A stretch of 63,445 nt of DNA, filler included, from Chiloscyllium plagiosum (GCF_004010195.1; 3 parts of one record of this genome joined end to end with filler, not necessarily neighbours in it); one strand, 5' to 3'. Numbered from the whole stretch's first letter, positions 24,127 to 38,287 are shown. The notes: generated from the letters alone by a model not told the origin. Numbers and translations: made by a program.

Positions 24127-25280
24127 ATGAGGCAGAACTGGGCGGTGCGGGGTTCCCGGACTATGAGGTTGGAAGCTGTGGGTGGGAGATCTCCTGAGGT
24201 GATGAGGTTCTGTATGGTCTGGGAGATGATGGCTTGGTGATGGGGCTGGGGACATGGTTGAGGGGGGCAGTAGGAGAGGGTGTCTTCGAGTTAGCGTCTG
24301 GCTTTAGCGGTGAAGAAGTAAGTGCGCCAATCTACCACTGCACCCCCTTTATCTGCTGGCTTGATGGTGAGGTTGGGATTGGAGCAGAGGGAGTGGAGGG
24401 TGTGCGTTGTGACGGTGAGAGGTTGGAGTGGGGGAGGGGGGTAGACAGGTTGAGGCGGTTAATGTCCCAGCAGCAGTTGGAAATGAAGAAGTCAAGGACA
24501 GGTAATAGACCAGCGCGGGGTGTCCAGGTGGATGCAGTGTGTTGGAGGCGGGTGAAAGGGTCCTTGGAAGATGGGTGGGAGTCCGCGGGAGGCGGCGGAA
24601 GAAGTGTTCGACGTCACGGTGTGTATTGAATTCATTGATGTATGGACGGAGAGGGATGAAGGTGAGTCCTTTCCTGAGGACTGAACGTTTGTCCTCAGTG
24701 AGGGGAAGGTCTGGAGGGATGGTAAAAGCTCAGCAGGGCTGGGAGCTCGGGCCTGGTGTGGGTGTGGAGCTGGGAGTGTGGGCGGAGCCTGTAACTGGAG
24801 TGGGAGTGGTGGTGGGAGGAATGGGGGTGGAGTCATGAGCAGGGGTAGTGTTCCCCTCAGGGTCCTGGAGGTGGGAATGGTGACAGTGGGATCTGTGGAG
24901 AGCGTGTCATCAGAATGCAGGTGAGTGGCGTTGGTGGGGGCGAAAGTGGTGGCAAACATGGCAGTAGGAGAGTTCGGAAGTCACTGAGCATGTGACATCA
25001 GTGATGATGTGAGGGGCGGAAGTGAGGTCACGTGTGGTGCATGAGGAATTGTGAGGGGTGGAAGTGGCTGTGGAAATGGCCACGATGGGGGTAGAAGTGA
25101 CGTCATCGATCACCGTGGGGATGGTAGCTGCATGAGCCACATGGCGAATGGTGTCTGAGCAGTTCCAAAGGCCGGGGGAATCTTCTGGAATGTTTGAGGA
25201 GAGCAGCTTATGGAGGTGGGTAGATAAAAGTTTGTTGTACTTACAGTTTTTGATGTTTGAGATGGAATTGAAATACTGGA
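24127..25280 (-). mobile_element. Penelope-like element, N-terminal ORF region up to the RT start (Neptune-like)
   Basis: LTEDKRSVLRKGLTFIPLRPYINEFNTHRDVEHFFRRL and NLITSGDLPPTASNLIVREPRTAQF peptides; C-rich coding strand like 10740-11520. Confidence 0.75.
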
Positions 25281-25297
25281 ATGGCGGGATTACCTTA

Positions 25298-25764
25298 CAG
25301 TGAAATTTCAACCCTTCCTTCTGGAATAACAGGCTGAATTTTATCAAAGTGTTCCTTGTAGCTCATGAATGTCCCCTATCAGCAAGGTCAGACCCAACAG
25401 AATCAATTAGAACCATCCCTAGTCACTTCCCAACCTGCTCAACATCAGAAACTGCATGACTGACCCTGGTGACACCTGCTTTGATCTGAGATGGCACTTA
25501 TGATGCATCTGTGGTTGAGTGCAGTCACAGCATCTGCCTGTGCTCCTGATTGTAATGTTCAGATCGACCACTTTCCCGATTGACTGCCAACTCTTGCACA
25601 AAGAGGGCTGCAATAGCAGCTCATTCATTGTCCCATCATCACAAAAAAGGTTGGAGCTCCCACAAATGATGAGGATTTCCCAGCTCCATAGTCCAACATT
25701 AAGATGATGCCACCTTGATAAAATTCAGCCTGTTATTCCAGAAGGAAGGGTTGAAATTTCACTG
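25298..25764. repeat. Perfect 50-bp inverted repeat around a 367-bp spacer (MITE-like core)
   Basis: 25298-25347 is the exact reverse complement of 25715-25764. Confidence 0.9.
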
Positions 25765-26216
25765 ATGAGAGTTCAGATATGAACATTCAATTTTTTAGTA
25801 AGACATCTCTATCTGTTCTCTTTTCATACAAATATTAACATGCCATTAGAGGTTGGGTTAATCCCTACCTGAGAACAACACAGTCAGGAACACAATATAA
25901 ATATGTTCAGTATCTTTACATATAATTTGCTGCTCAGAATATCTAACCTGGTGGCTAACAATCAATTTACAGAACAATAATGCATAATTATCTTTTGATT
26001 CCTGTGCCTTTGTTGATAAAATGCACCTAAAGTATTTCTAATACTGCAGTCAGGCAATCTGCAGAGATTCCAAAGATTTATCCAGTAGAATCTCTTAACC
26101 TTCTACTTGCTTCATGTTTATTTATCATTATTTTGGTTTTTAAAATATCTATTCTTCTATCCCTTCTTCAAGAACGCTAGACTCTAGCTTAGGAACAGTT
26201 CCTTTGCTATTATATC

Positions 26217-26472
26217 ACCACAAGTGACTGTCTGTGTGGAGTTTGCACATTCTCCCCGTGTCTGTGTGGGTTTCCTCTGGGTGCTTCAGTTTCCTCCCAC
26301 AATCCAAAGATGTGCAGCTTAGGTGAATTGGCCATGCTAAATTGTCCGTAGTGTTAGGCACATCAGTCAGGGGTAAATGTAGGGGAATGGGTTTGGGTGG
26401 GTTACTTCTCTGAGGGTTGGTGTGGACTTGTTGGGCTGAAGGGCCTGTTTCCATACTATAGGAAACCTAATT
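26217..26472 (+). mobile_element. HE1-type V-SINE, 5'-truncated
   Basis: V domain and tail present, tRNA head missing. Confidence 0.9.
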
Positions 26473-26523
26473 AATCCAAGGCCACTATTCTGTTGCCTAA
26501 GCAACAGTTTGCAATCTAATCAA

Positions 26524-26655
26524 GATGTGGAGGTGCCAGTGTTGGACTGGGTTGGACAAGGTCAAAAATCACCTGATGAAGGAGCAGTGCTCCCAAAGCT
26601 AGTATTTTCAAAGAAACCTGTTGAACTATAACCTGGTGTTGTGTGATTTGTGACC
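26524..26655. mobile_element. PLE family B mini-element
   Basis: CUGAUGAAGGAGCAGUGCUCC-CAAAGCUA at 26573; TSD caatcta(a/t)tcaa at 26512-26523 and 26656-26667. Confidence 0.75.
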
Positions 26656-27378
26656 CAATCTATTCAATGAAGAGATTAACCTTTAGCCAATCTGTCCTCA
26701 CCCAATGTCCAAATGTTTAACTCCCAGCAAGGATCACAGGAGACCGATTAGCAGTATAAGCCTTTACCCTTCATGATTCAGCTGATGCACAAGTCAATCC
26801 AGAATGAAATTTAGTTTGATTGATCATGTGCCTTTTTTTAATAATTTAGTTAAGGTATTGATCAGTCACTGAAATAGTGACATGACACTGTAAAGTTAAC
26901 AACAGAGTAGAAGTTTACCACACAACAAAACAAAAATATGAAGCTATCTAGATATAGAACACAACTAGAAACATCTCAGCTTCATATTCTACTTAGTTGA
27001 TTCTTTCCAGTATTGGTCTTGAGAATTCTGGAGTCTTCTTACTTGGATATTTACAAAACTGAGAGCTTAAACTTTCTCAGCTTTTATTAACCTGTAGATT
27101 TTTAAACAAATACCCTGAGTACGGAAGTCGCACTAACTAAACTTGTCTATTGTGATGATTACTGTCCTACACTCTTAAAGAGAGAAAACTAAATTTTCTT
27201 CTGAGTCCAGTGTAGTTTCCACTGAACTGCCCGAAAACCTTACAATCCTCAGAGTCCCTAAACTAACCTCAATCCTTGATGATTGAAATTGAAAAAATGT
27301 TTTATGCCTTCAACCACAAGGTCAAAACCAATGAATTCACTGTAAGTTAAGCAGTAGAAACCACAGGTTAAATATTTT

Positions 27379-27511
27379 AAAAACTCAAAGAACTGTGGAT
27401 TCTGTAAATTGGAAATAAAAACAGAGTTTGGTGGTAAAGCTCAGAGCGTCTGGCAGCATCTGTGGACAGAAATCAATGTTAACGTTTTGGGTCAAGTGAC
27501 CCTTCCTCAGA
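27379..27511 (-). mobile_element. PLE family D mini-element with hammerhead motif
   Basis: GUU-CUGAGGA-A-GGGUC-ACUU-GACCC-AAAACGUU-AAC (27478-27513); perfect 16-bp TSD ACAGGTTAAATATTTT at 27363-27378 and 27512-27527. Confidence 0.8.
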
Positions 27512-27574
27512 ACAGGTTAAATATTTTCCTATTTAACTACTTCTCCTGTCCATAAGAACTGTAACCAACATTTA

Positions 27575-29085
27575 TCACAGAACTGTTATAGTACAAAAGA
27601 AGGCCATTAATTCCATCTGGTCTTCATTGACTCTCAGGGTAATTCGAATTTGTGACAATCTCCTGCCTTTTCCATAAAACCCTGCACATTGCTTCGATTT
27701 AAATAATCATCCAATACACTGATGTCTAGTTGCATTGAACCTATCCCCATCATACTTCCAGGTAGTGCATTCCAAACCTGACCTGATTACTGTGTGCAAA
27801 CCTTGTTCCTGTCTTGCATTTGCTTCTTTTGCAAAATACTTTAAAACTGCACCCTTTGGTTCTTGATCCTTTCTGAAGAGGAAAAGTTTCCCCCTATTCA
27901 CTCTGGCCAGTGTTTTATGATTTTTGAAAATATCTATCAAATCTCCCTTCAGCCTTGTCTTCTCCAAAGAAAACAATCCTAATTTCTTGAATCAATCTTC
28001 ATAACTGGAATCTCTCATCCCTGGAATCATTCTTTTGCACCTCTTTCTAATGTATTTAAGTCCTCAAACTGTACACAATACTTTAACTGACGACTAACTA
28101 GTGTCCTATATAAGTTTATCATAACCTCCTATTTGTACTCAATACCCCTCATTAATGAAGCCTATAAGACTGTGTACTTTATTATCAACTCCCTATATCT
28201 GTTCTGTCACCTTTAGTGACTTATGCACCTATTCACCGATGTCTCTCTCCTGCAGACCCATTGAGTGCCCTTTCTTTTGGACTGTCTATCCATGTTCTTT
28301 GCACCAAAATGTATCACCTCCTACTTAGACCATAAGACCATAAGACATAAGAGTGGAAGTAAGGCTGTTCAGCCCATTGAGTCCACTCCATCATTCAATC
28401 ATGGCTGATGGGCATTTCAATGCCACTTACCCGCACTCTCCCCGTATCTCTTAATTCCTTGCGAGATCAAGAATTTATCATCTCTGTCTTAAAGACATTT
28501 AATGTCCCGGCCTCCACTGCGCTCTGTGGCAATGAATTCCACAGGCCCACCACTCTCTGGCTGAAGAAATGTCTCCTTGTTTCCATTTTAAATTGACCTC
28601 CTCTAATTCTAAGGCTTTGCCCACGAGTCCTAGTATCCCCACCTGATGGAAACAAATTCCCAGCATCCACCCTTTCTATGTCATGTATCATCATGTTAGT
28701 TTCTATTAGATCTCCCCTCAGCCTTCTAAACTCTAATGAATACAATCCCAGGACACTCAGCCGTTCATCGTATGTTAGGCCTACCATTACAGGGATCATC
28801 GTGTGAATCTCCATTGGACACTCTCCAGTGCCAATATGTCCTTTCTGAGGTGTGGGGCCCAAAACTGGACACAGTATTCTAAATGGGGCCTAACCAGAGC
28901 TTTATAATGCATATTTCTCTGCATTGAACTTTATCTGCCACCTATCTGCCCATTTCACCAACAGATAAATGCCCTTTACAAGTTCTACATTGTCATTCTC
29001 ATTGTTTACAACTCATCCTAGTTTTGAGTCATGCACAAACTTTGGAATTTTCACCTAAATGCCAAGGTCTGTATTATGTATATTG
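27575..29085 (-). mobile_element. Old CR1 LINE with a nested younger CR1 (28328-28907)
   Basis: FSLEKTRLKGDLIDIFK; the nested copy encodes LGLYSLEFRRLRGDLIET...FFSQRVV and has an (ACCATAAG) tail. Confidence 0.8.
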
Positions 29086-29749
29086 ACAGAGGAGTTGGAT
29101 CTTACCTCTTGCACAGGGAATGGCTGAGGCAAACTATTACAGCTTTGGAGTGAGTTGTACATGATACAAATTGTAACAAATTACAAGATTTGACAAAATA
29201 TTAGGATTCATTTTGGTTTCCTTTGGCTTAGACAGGATACAATTATTGGTCTCTTTCTGTGTTCAGAACTTGTATAGTTCTCACATCAGTTTATTGTAAA
29301 TTGTCTTCCTTCCTATCTTCAAAGTCAATGCCTTTCTGCGGCAACCAACTCACTGATATGATTTCATTTCACCACTGCGATATTTTCTATTCCCATAATA
29401 TCGCTTCTCTATCTGTTTTATATATCCTCAGGCAGTTTGGTCCAAAATTTTAATCTTCCTGATATTAAAATATAAGCAGGGACCACATGGTGGAAATAGT
29501 AAGAGTCAATAGGTTACTTTGTGGTTTTGATGTAAATTTCTTTGTACTATAAAACAAAAGGTCCAATTTGATCATTTGTATCTGCGTATTTGCCTGACAT
29601 CATTTTCAGCACATTAATTTCCTTTGAACTATTCCCATATGCTTTACCTATCACTTCATGAAAATATTACAAATGTTCAAACAATTGTTGTGAAACCACA
29701 TACATTATTCTGCATTTCTATCTGCAGAGTCTAAGTAAAGAACAAATAA

Positions 29750-30042
29750 AAAACTTTTTGAAAGGCACGGCATTCTAACCAGAACTCCATCAATAAACAC
29801 ATCGATTTAGACCCTATCTACCTTCCCTTGAAAAAAAGAACCGGAAATGACATCACCCATCTTAAGAAACCAAGACCTATCAATATAGAGGCGGGACATA
29901 CCACCAGCACTTCCCCAGAGACTCTCACTGATGATGCTACCTAGTATGGTAACGAAATGTCTGAAAACAAGCTTTCAAGCTCAGTGAACTAACATACATA
30001 CTTATCATCAATCTGAGCTACAAATTTTCTCAAAAATCACTA
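29750..30042 (+). mobile_element. PLE family C 3' end (Penelope/Poseidon-like)
   Basis: ORF end ARHSNQNSINKHIDLDPIYLPLKKRTGN followed by the family C terminus. Confidence 0.75.
29925..29964 (+). ncRNA. Minimal hammerhead ribozyme motif (family C)
   Basis: UCA-CUGAUGA-U-GCUACC-UAGUAU-GGUAAC-GAAAUGUC-UGA. Confidence 0.7.
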
Positions 30043-30469
30043 ACTTAGCATTTCTGAATGGTGCAAACCACAGATTATTATTTAACAGTTCACTAAAGCA
30101 GACACAATTCAATTAAGAGAGAAACAATGTTCTGCCTCTGTTTAAATAAAATGAGAGTCATAATCAAGGAATTAGATTTTAATTTCAGTTAGCAGCAAGT
30201 TTGTAAAATAATCCTGAAAGTGCATGCACTCTTATGGAAAGCAACACATTCATGGAAATAATGACTAATTTTATTCCTTGAGTAGTTTTGGGATTGCCCA
30301 TCACTGAAATCAGTAAGATGAAATTTGGAAGAGTTCTATAAAGAATCAATGATTCATTCTGGCATATTAATGCCAAGGTGCAGGAAGTGAAAATTATGAA
30401 TTCTTTCCAAACATGCAACACTCCGATGTCAATAGGAAAAAAGAAGGGTCACTGGACCCAAAATGTAGA

Positions 30470-30798
30470 ATCATCATAGAATCCCTACAGTATCGAACCA
30501 GATAATTTGGCCCAACAAGTCCACACCAACCCTGTGAAGAGCAACCCACCCGGACCAACTCCCCTACCTTATTAATCTACATTTACCCTGACTAATGCAC
30601 TAACCTATACATCCCTGAGTACTTTGGGCAATTTAGCATGGCCAATTCACCCTAACCTGCAGATCTCTGGACTGTGGGAGGAAACTGGAGCACCCAGAGA
30701 AATTCCATAGAGACACAGGGCAAACATGCAAACTCCACACAGACAACCTCCCCAATTGAACCCAGGTCCCTGGTACTAATCACTGAGCCACTGTACCA
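30470..30798 (-). mobile_element. HE1-type V-SINE between PLE family D fragments
   Basis: Reverse-strand SINE between gaagggtcactggacccaaaatgt and aaacattaactctg...cagatgctgccagacc. Confidence 0.8.
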
Positions 30799-33700
30799 CT
30801 CATTTCATTTCGTTTTGCAGTTATTGGGAGAAGGAAACATTAACTCTGATTTCTCACTACAGATGCTGCCAGACCTGCTGAGCTTTTCCATCTATTTCTG
30901 TGTTTTTGTGTCAGAGTCATAGCCTGTTTTATGACACTGCTTGTAGTTACTTGGGAAACATAATATTTGTTCTTCTTGTTTGACTGGGAACTCACCTGAG
31001 ACATCAGCTACAATTGTTGAGAATATTCCCAGTGATGATCAAACCCACTGATTGCTATGCTTTAGTTTTGAGGATTGGACTGGTGGGTTTTAAAATAACC
31101 AGGAAGCTCCACAGATATCTGCCATTGACATGAGCAGGTTATTAATATTTATCCAGCACACATTAATGCTGTATGAGTGAAATGGAAGCTTCTTCTCAAA
31201 AATTGGAATGAGATTGCATATCTTGTGACTTTGAGGGGCACATGAGTTCCATCAATTGTTTCCTGTGTTTTTGAGAGTGGTAGATAGCTCACCAGTCTAA
31301 GTGAACTGGATAGATTGCTCTCTTCTGTAGTCCCATGAGAAAGGAATCAATTATGTCAGAGGAAATTAATGAACCTCTCATGCAATCAGAACTGCAAATT
31401 GTCATAAATCACCTGATTTTACATAGAAGGCTTCAGATACAAAAAATGTTCCTACAGTTGTGAGTTGAATTGGTACAGACAATATCGTTCTGCTGCTGGT
31501 AAAGGTTTAATAATCAAGAGTCAATTGATGGAGGTATGGGCTTCTGAGGCACAGTCATTTAGAAAATGTAAAAATACCTTAAGTTACAAGAAAAGGAAGA
31601 GAAGGGAGCTTTGCTCCCTTGGCCTCATCGATATAGGTCAGGAAACTCTTTTACCAGGAGGAGAATGTATTTGAATTGCTTTGGGTGGATGGAGGCAGTA
31701 GTTTTAAGAGTCTATTCTGCCTTTTTTACTGTGGAAAATCAACCCCACATGAGCAGTAACTCAATGGAGATGAATGTTCTGCTATTACTTTGTTCAACTG
31801 TTTGATGTTTGATTGTGTGTCTCATCTATCTGTTCTCTGTCAGTTACTGGCCCAGTCTGAGTGCAGTTAAGAGACAGGGTTAAATTTTATGGGTTGTTGC
31901 TAAAGTGTCAGTTATTTTGAGTGTTTTGGAGATTTTTCCCATGTGGCCTTATGAGATTTATCATGACATCTTACTAAATTTACCTGATTAACAACCTCTC
32001 CCACCTCTATGGTATCTGATTCTAGCTCCATCTTACCAACTACTCTTCCCATTACAACTCAACAGTGACTGGTTATCTGCAGAAAGGCTAGCATCCCTTG
32101 TACGTGTGCCATCTTTAAAAAGCTCCCATACACATGGACAATCTTTTTTGGCTTTGTCCCTCACTGTCAGTGCAATGGCACAAGAGTCACAAAGCCAGTT
32201 TGTTCACGGCACAGAGTCGGCATGGCAGCTTAGTCTCCTATAGTCAGAGTCGCCTATACAAGCTTAGTCTCTAACCCTAGTCGCTGTTTAATCAACAGGT
32301 CACACACTTCACCTTTCCTTAGTTACATGCCACCTCAATGCCTTCTCTAAATCACCACTATTCTCTCCTCAGCACCCAATGGACACCCCCAGCTTGTTAT
32401 TGCCTGGTAAAGGAAAATCACAGACAGGCAAGCAATTGGACAATTCCAAGGATGAGCTTTTATTTATAGCCAGGAAAACAAGCACACATAAAATGAAGAG
32501 AGGTTGTAGATTGGCATGGTAGCATGGCATCCAACTGGTAGCATCTGCAGTCATTACTTTTACCACCGCTATGAGCATGCAGGTTGGCATTAAGTAAGCA
32601 ATTGCCAGGACAGCAAGCGAGCAGCCCTGGGGGACAGTCTGCTCCAATCCATGAGCCAGCTCCCTCTCCCTGTGTGCAAAGTCTCCCTGTTGCAACTTTT
32701 GCATGTTAGCTGCTGGTGCATCCTGGAATTCAGGTCTACGCTTCTGAAGTGACTGGAGAGATTCTGTGAGGATTGTGAGAGCTTGGCAAAAGTCAGATGC
32801 CAATAGTTATGGTGTGTGTGGCTGGTGCCCATGGACCATGGTCTGAGATGCTATCTTTGATGCTGAACAACAGCTAGATAAAATCATCATGGACCCATTC
32901 TGACTTTAATGTCAAGAATTCCTCACATCTAGCTCGTTCAGTCCATTTGGTAAGATAGGAAGAAGAATATTAATAACACAAATTGTGGCATTAATAAAGC
33001 TTTAACAAGCTATAACCTCTTCATTGGCGACTCGTTGCTGCCTAGTGACAAACTCGCCTCACTGGTCAGTCAATGCAGGAAAGATGCAACAAGTTGCTCC
33101 CAACGTCGCATTGGAATTCTCAGCATGATTCTGCCACAAGTTGTGTCTGAGTCCATGTCATTCAGGCCTCTATTAGACTCCTCACAGACAAACAGAAATT
33201 AAACTGAAGCAAGAAGCCAGAAGGGGAAAAAAAAACACTTTTAAATAACCTCTTTCAGGCAGAGAAATTAATGGGTTGTCTTTGTATAGCTCCAGTGCAC
33301 AAAACACAAAATCAACTTTATTATCCTCAGTTGTTTTTACTTTAATATTACACAAAAATAACCGATTCATGAAGAATAGATTGCCAGCAATGCTGTGACA
33401 TGTAAACATCTGGGAATGGGCAATAAATGCCAAATTTTCCATCAAAGCTGACATCCCAAGAATAATAAAAAAATCAAACTCAGAAAAAAATACACATTTA
33501 CTGCTAAACGTAGCTTAAGAGTCGAGATTTTCTGAAAAGTTTGAGCTAAACCAGATGGAAAGTTTAATGTTACTAAGTTTGGACAAAATAACAATAGATG
33601 TTCCAATAGTTCAAGATAAGCTATGCAATTACAAACTATGTATATTAATAACTGTAGACCATTTAACAAATAAGAACTTGACTGGGGAAAACTGTCTGGA

Positions 33701-34329
33701 CAAATTATCTAATAAAGGCAAATTATATTTTGATTCACTTTAGATAACCTGGACTATTGGACCAACCATAGCATTGCATCCAATAAAATTGGAGTTTAAT
33801 GTTTTTTGAGAGTTAAAACTTTATGAGAGTTTGTTTCAGTTTAATCAGCCAAATCGTGAAGTTGTCAGTGGCTGTAAAAATACAAAATATAATCTCAGTT
33901 CCAACAGCAGCCTGCCTTTCCTGTGAAACAATCACATGTTATGAAACAACAATCTTCTAATCCTGTGTATTTATGCATGACACATCTTGAAATCAAGCTA
34001 CTTTGATCATTCCTGTGAAAAGCTGAAGTAGTGGTCCACCGCAAAGCTTCTAGCTCAACCCATGAGAATAATTCTCCCTGCAACTCTGCCAGGTTTGAGA
34101 TGTTTCAGATGATTTTCATGAGGATTTCCACAGAGTGAGCATGTTTCAACTGCACAAATCAAAAATACAGTGAACTGATAAACACGGAATGTGGATTAGT
34201 CAAGTTATCAGAGGCATGAAAGTAGCAATAACAAGAAAAGTAACTTTAACATCAAATTTCCTTTTCAAGTCCAATTCAGCCACTTTTTCTCACTTATTTT
34301 CCTATTTCAGGTAGTTTGCACTTATTCAC

Positions 34330-34910
34330 GAGGCTATAAAGTTCTGAAAAGACTAGACAGGTTAGATGCAGGAAGGATGTTCCTGATGGTGGGGGAGTTC
34401 AGTTCAACTTTATCTTATCCTTACTCAGTTTAAAGATAAGGAGTAAACCTTTTAGGATAAAAAAAAACACATAAATTTCTTCACTCAGAGAGTGGTGAGC
34501 CTGTAGAATTCACTATCACTGAAAGTGGTTGAGGCCAAAACATTTTGTGTTTTAAGAAGGGAACAGATATAGGTCTTGTGGCTAAAAGGATAAAGAGATA
34601 TGGGGGAGGGTGGGATTAAAGTGTTGAGTTTGACGATCAGCCATGATCACATTGAAATGGTAGAGCAGGCTTGATAGGCTGAATATAGATTAGAGTGATA
34701 CTGGAAAAGCACAGCAGGTCAGGCAGCATCCGAGGAGCAGGAAAATCGACGCTTCGGGCAAAAGCCCTTCATCAGGGTCTTTTCCTGCTCCTCGGATGCT
34801 GCCTGAACTACTGCGCTTTTCCAGCACCACACTAATCTAGAATCTGGCTTCCAGCATCTGCAGTTCTTGTTTTTACCTAGTTGATAGGCTGAATGGCCTA
34901 CTCCTACTCT
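34330..34910 (+). mobile_element. CR1 3' end interrupted by a PLE palindrome
   Basis: FFTQRVV peptide and terminal ggcctactcctact. Confidence 0.75.
34685..34880. mobile_element. PLE family A fold-back mini-element
   Basis: Minus-strand CUGAUGAAGGGCUUUUGCCCGAAGCGUC; 14-bp TSD TTGATAGGCTGAAT at 34671-34684 and 34881-34894. Confidence 0.85.
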
Positions 34911-37689
34911 GGAAGAGCACCAAAGAAAGGTCACTGCACTTGAAACATTAATTTGTTTTTTCTCTCCAAAGGTGCTGCCTGACCTGCTGAGTTTTTCCAG
35001 CGATTTCTGTTTTGGTTTCAGATATATGCTTAGTCTCTTTCTGCGAGGCCAGCTGAGCAACAAGCCAATAACAGAGTCGAGAGGGTGAGTGGCAAGGTTT
35101 CCTCTGGACCTCAGGACCCTCCTCTCTTCTTTCCTGACATCTCATCTCTCAACTGAGGAACTACCCTACCTCCACACCCCACCTCCACAAGCTGCCTGTA
35201 CAGTTTTAGCTGCTGTTCATTCCACAAGGCGCCTGCAGCTGGGGTAATACCCATGGTGGCATGGATGAGGCCCTTAATCAGTCTCTAATTGGCCACGTAA
35301 CAGCCTCAGTTGGCATTGGGCTGGCAAAGTAGGTGATGGTCCTGTGACATGTTGCAAAACACTCATACCTTAGCTTTTCAGTAAGCTGTCACTGTGCTCA
35401 AATATTGCCAGTACTGTGGGATCTCAGTGAAGTTCAATCAAACCTTTGAAATATTGAAATAAGGTATCATGAATACTCAACAGAAAGATTTGCAGAAGTC
35501 TTCATCATGAATGGAAAGTGTATCAGTTCAAATCACTGTGTAACTGAGTTGGCAGTAGTTCAAACTTGTCTGGCACAGATATTTTCAGGAAATCAGTGAA
35601 TCATTTCCTCTTGACTTCCATTTCTGGATCTAATCTGCCCACATGCAGCAGCACATTGGTTGGACACAGCCATTAAAGGCCACTGAGGAAAATAGGTATC
35701 GATAGAATTTATCACACAAATCCTGACCAAGCACTCAGTGTTGGCATTTACTCTATGTGTTAGTATATTGCAGTTATCAATGCTGTTTCCATATCATTTC
35801 AAACACATTTTCTTCATCCACCTCTTTAGTCTAATCTTGCCTGTTGATACGATTGCTCTTTTTCTTCCATTAACCTTTGCCCAGGATCAAGCAATTACGA
35901 GAATAAAAACAAGTGATGACAGAGACAGAAAGGGCTGCACAGCGTAAAACAGAATCTGTGAGGAGATCTTCAGCCATCATGGTAGATGGTAGTGGGGTAT
36001 AATAAAGTTCCATACACTGCTAAAGAGGCCATTTGGCCCATCAAGTCTGCACCAACCTTCTGAAGAGTATCCCACCCTGTCCCTATAACCCTACAATTCC
36101 CAAGTCTACTTCACCTGGACTGCACATCCCTCGACACTACGGACAATTTGGCATGGCCAATCAACATAACCTGATTTTAACTGTGCTACCAGATTGTATC
36201 TAAACGTGCCTCAAATGAATGATAAACACACAAAGTATGCATTGACCCAAAGCCATTTCCTCTAACTTCCAGGATACGAATTGCAGCATGATATTAATAG
36301 ATGCCTGGGTTAAGAAAGCCATCCTGAAATGGTGTTGTCATGGTGCAACTCAAAAAGGAGGATTAAAAGCAATAAATTATCAAGCCATGTTTCTGTTTAA
36401 TTATTAGATTGTAGTTGAAGATTGTAATGTTGTAGAATTCCTTGTGTCCATCCACATACCATGTGTGACATCAGTAGAATGAGTGGAGTCAATATCACAT
36501 GAACTTTCACCACTATAGAACCACTATCCAATACAGTGTTGACCAGAGGCAGAGAGCATTTGTACCACTTAAGTGGCAGATAATGATTAGCTTGAACAAC
36601 ACCACCATCACTGAGTCGCACACCATTACTAACCTGGGTGTTGTCATTGGCAATAAGCCAGACTTAACAGCCCAAAATACCACCATAGATACTATAGCAG
36701 TAGAAGATCTGGCTTCTATATGATACATAGTTTTAATGTTTGAGTTTCACAGGACACTCTAGACTTGACTTGCCCCAGTTAAAAAGTCTCCCATGATCCT
36801 GATAGTTGAACTATGAACAATTTAATGGAGGGGGTTAGCACTATAAATCAATTTGGGATGAGATTGGCTTGTAATTCTGTACTTTCACCAGTGCCAGTTG
36901 GAAATAATAGCCATGGCTGGGACTACAAGTATCCCGTCACATCAAGATGACTAAGTCTATCCATATTAAGGAATGGTTGTAGTAAGTGGGAATGACTTGC
37001 AGGAGCAGGCCTGCAGTAATCTCTGTTTGGCCCAGGTGTTCCAGAAAACATGTCCTCCAACCTTTCCTGAAACCATCATTCACAGCTAAATTTGCTGGGC
37101 TTCAGGATTAGTGTGCTCTCTATTTGTGGGTCGAATACTAGCAAACCAAGGTTGGATAGGCTGCCTGACATTTCCCTCTCATCTCGTTTAATATTTCAGA
37201 CAGGTCAGGAGCAGGCAAGTAAGCAGCAGGATGGCCAACCACTGGATGTTAGGACCACTCACTGTTTTCAAAGGAAGCATCTGGTTAAGGTGAAATCTAG
37301 CTCTTAAAGTTCTTTCAGGATTTTCAAGGACCAAGTTAGAAGCATGATGAAGTACTGATTATTTACATAAATGAGCGTAATATAGTTACTCAACAATGTA
37401 ATTTTATCTGTGACTCACTCCCTTATTACCATCAAGCAGAATTCTTAAGTGTTTCACTGTTATAAAAAAATACATTGATTCTAAGTCTTGCAGTACACTG
37501 ATGTGGACATATATTGTTCTTCCTTCATTGTTGTTGAGTTACAATGAGTTCTGCTCCAATAACACCTTGACACTATCCAGAACAAAACAAACTACTTGGT
37601 TAGCACCACATTCATAAACATTAATTCCCTTTACTGTTGATGCACAGTAGCAACAATGTGCACTACCTGCAAAAAGCACTGCAGAAATA

Positions 37690-38156
37690 GGAAGCATCCT
37701 ATCTGGATGCATCACAGCTTGCTATGGCAACTGCTCTGGCCAAGACTGCAAAAAACTACAGAGAGTTGTGAACACAGCCCAGTCCGTCCTGCAAACCAGC
37801 CTTCCATCCATTGACTCTGTCTATACTTCCCACTGCCTCGGGAAAGCAGCCACCATGACCATAGACCCCTCCCATCCCGGTTATACTCTCTTCCACCCTC
37901 TTCCATCAGGCAGAAGGTGCAAACGTTTGAAAACATGTGACCAACAGATTTAAGAGCAGCTTCGTCTCTGCTATTATCAGACTTATGAGCATACCTCTCA
38001 TATATTAGAGTTGATCTTTCTCTGCACCTTCTCTGTAGCTCTAACTCTATATTCTGCATTCTGTTCTATTACCCTGATGTACTTATGTAAGTTGTCTGGT
38101 CAGCACACAAAACAATACTTTTCACTGTATCTCAGTACATGTGGCAATAATAAATT
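37690..38156 (+). mobile_element. Rex1/Babar LINE 3' end
   Basis: SILSGCITACYGNCSGQDCKKLQRVVNTAQS...DPSHPGYTLFHPLPSGRR, typical of the Rex1 RT C-terminus. Confidence 0.8.
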
Positions 38157-38287
38157 AAGGAGAAAGTGAGGTCTGCAGATGCTGGAGATCAGAGATGGAA
38201 ATGTGTTGCTGGAAAAGCGCAGCAGGTCAGGCAGCATCTAGGGAACAGGAGAATCGACGTTTCGGGCATTAGCCCTTCTTCAGGAAT
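38157..38287 (-). mobile_element. PLE family A single-arm mini-element
   Basis: Nearly identical to the 21570 element; flanked by aataaat. Confidence 0.85.
38251..38287 (-). ncRNA. Intact-core minimal hammerhead ribozyme motif (family A)
   Basis: AUUC-CUGAAGA-A-GGGC-UAAU-GCCC-GAAACGUC-GAUUC. Confidence 0.8.

Noticed and set aside
32369..32803. 144-aa minus-strand ORF
   Set aside because: No recognisable domain or splice signals; may lie in a degenerate transposon that could not be delimited.
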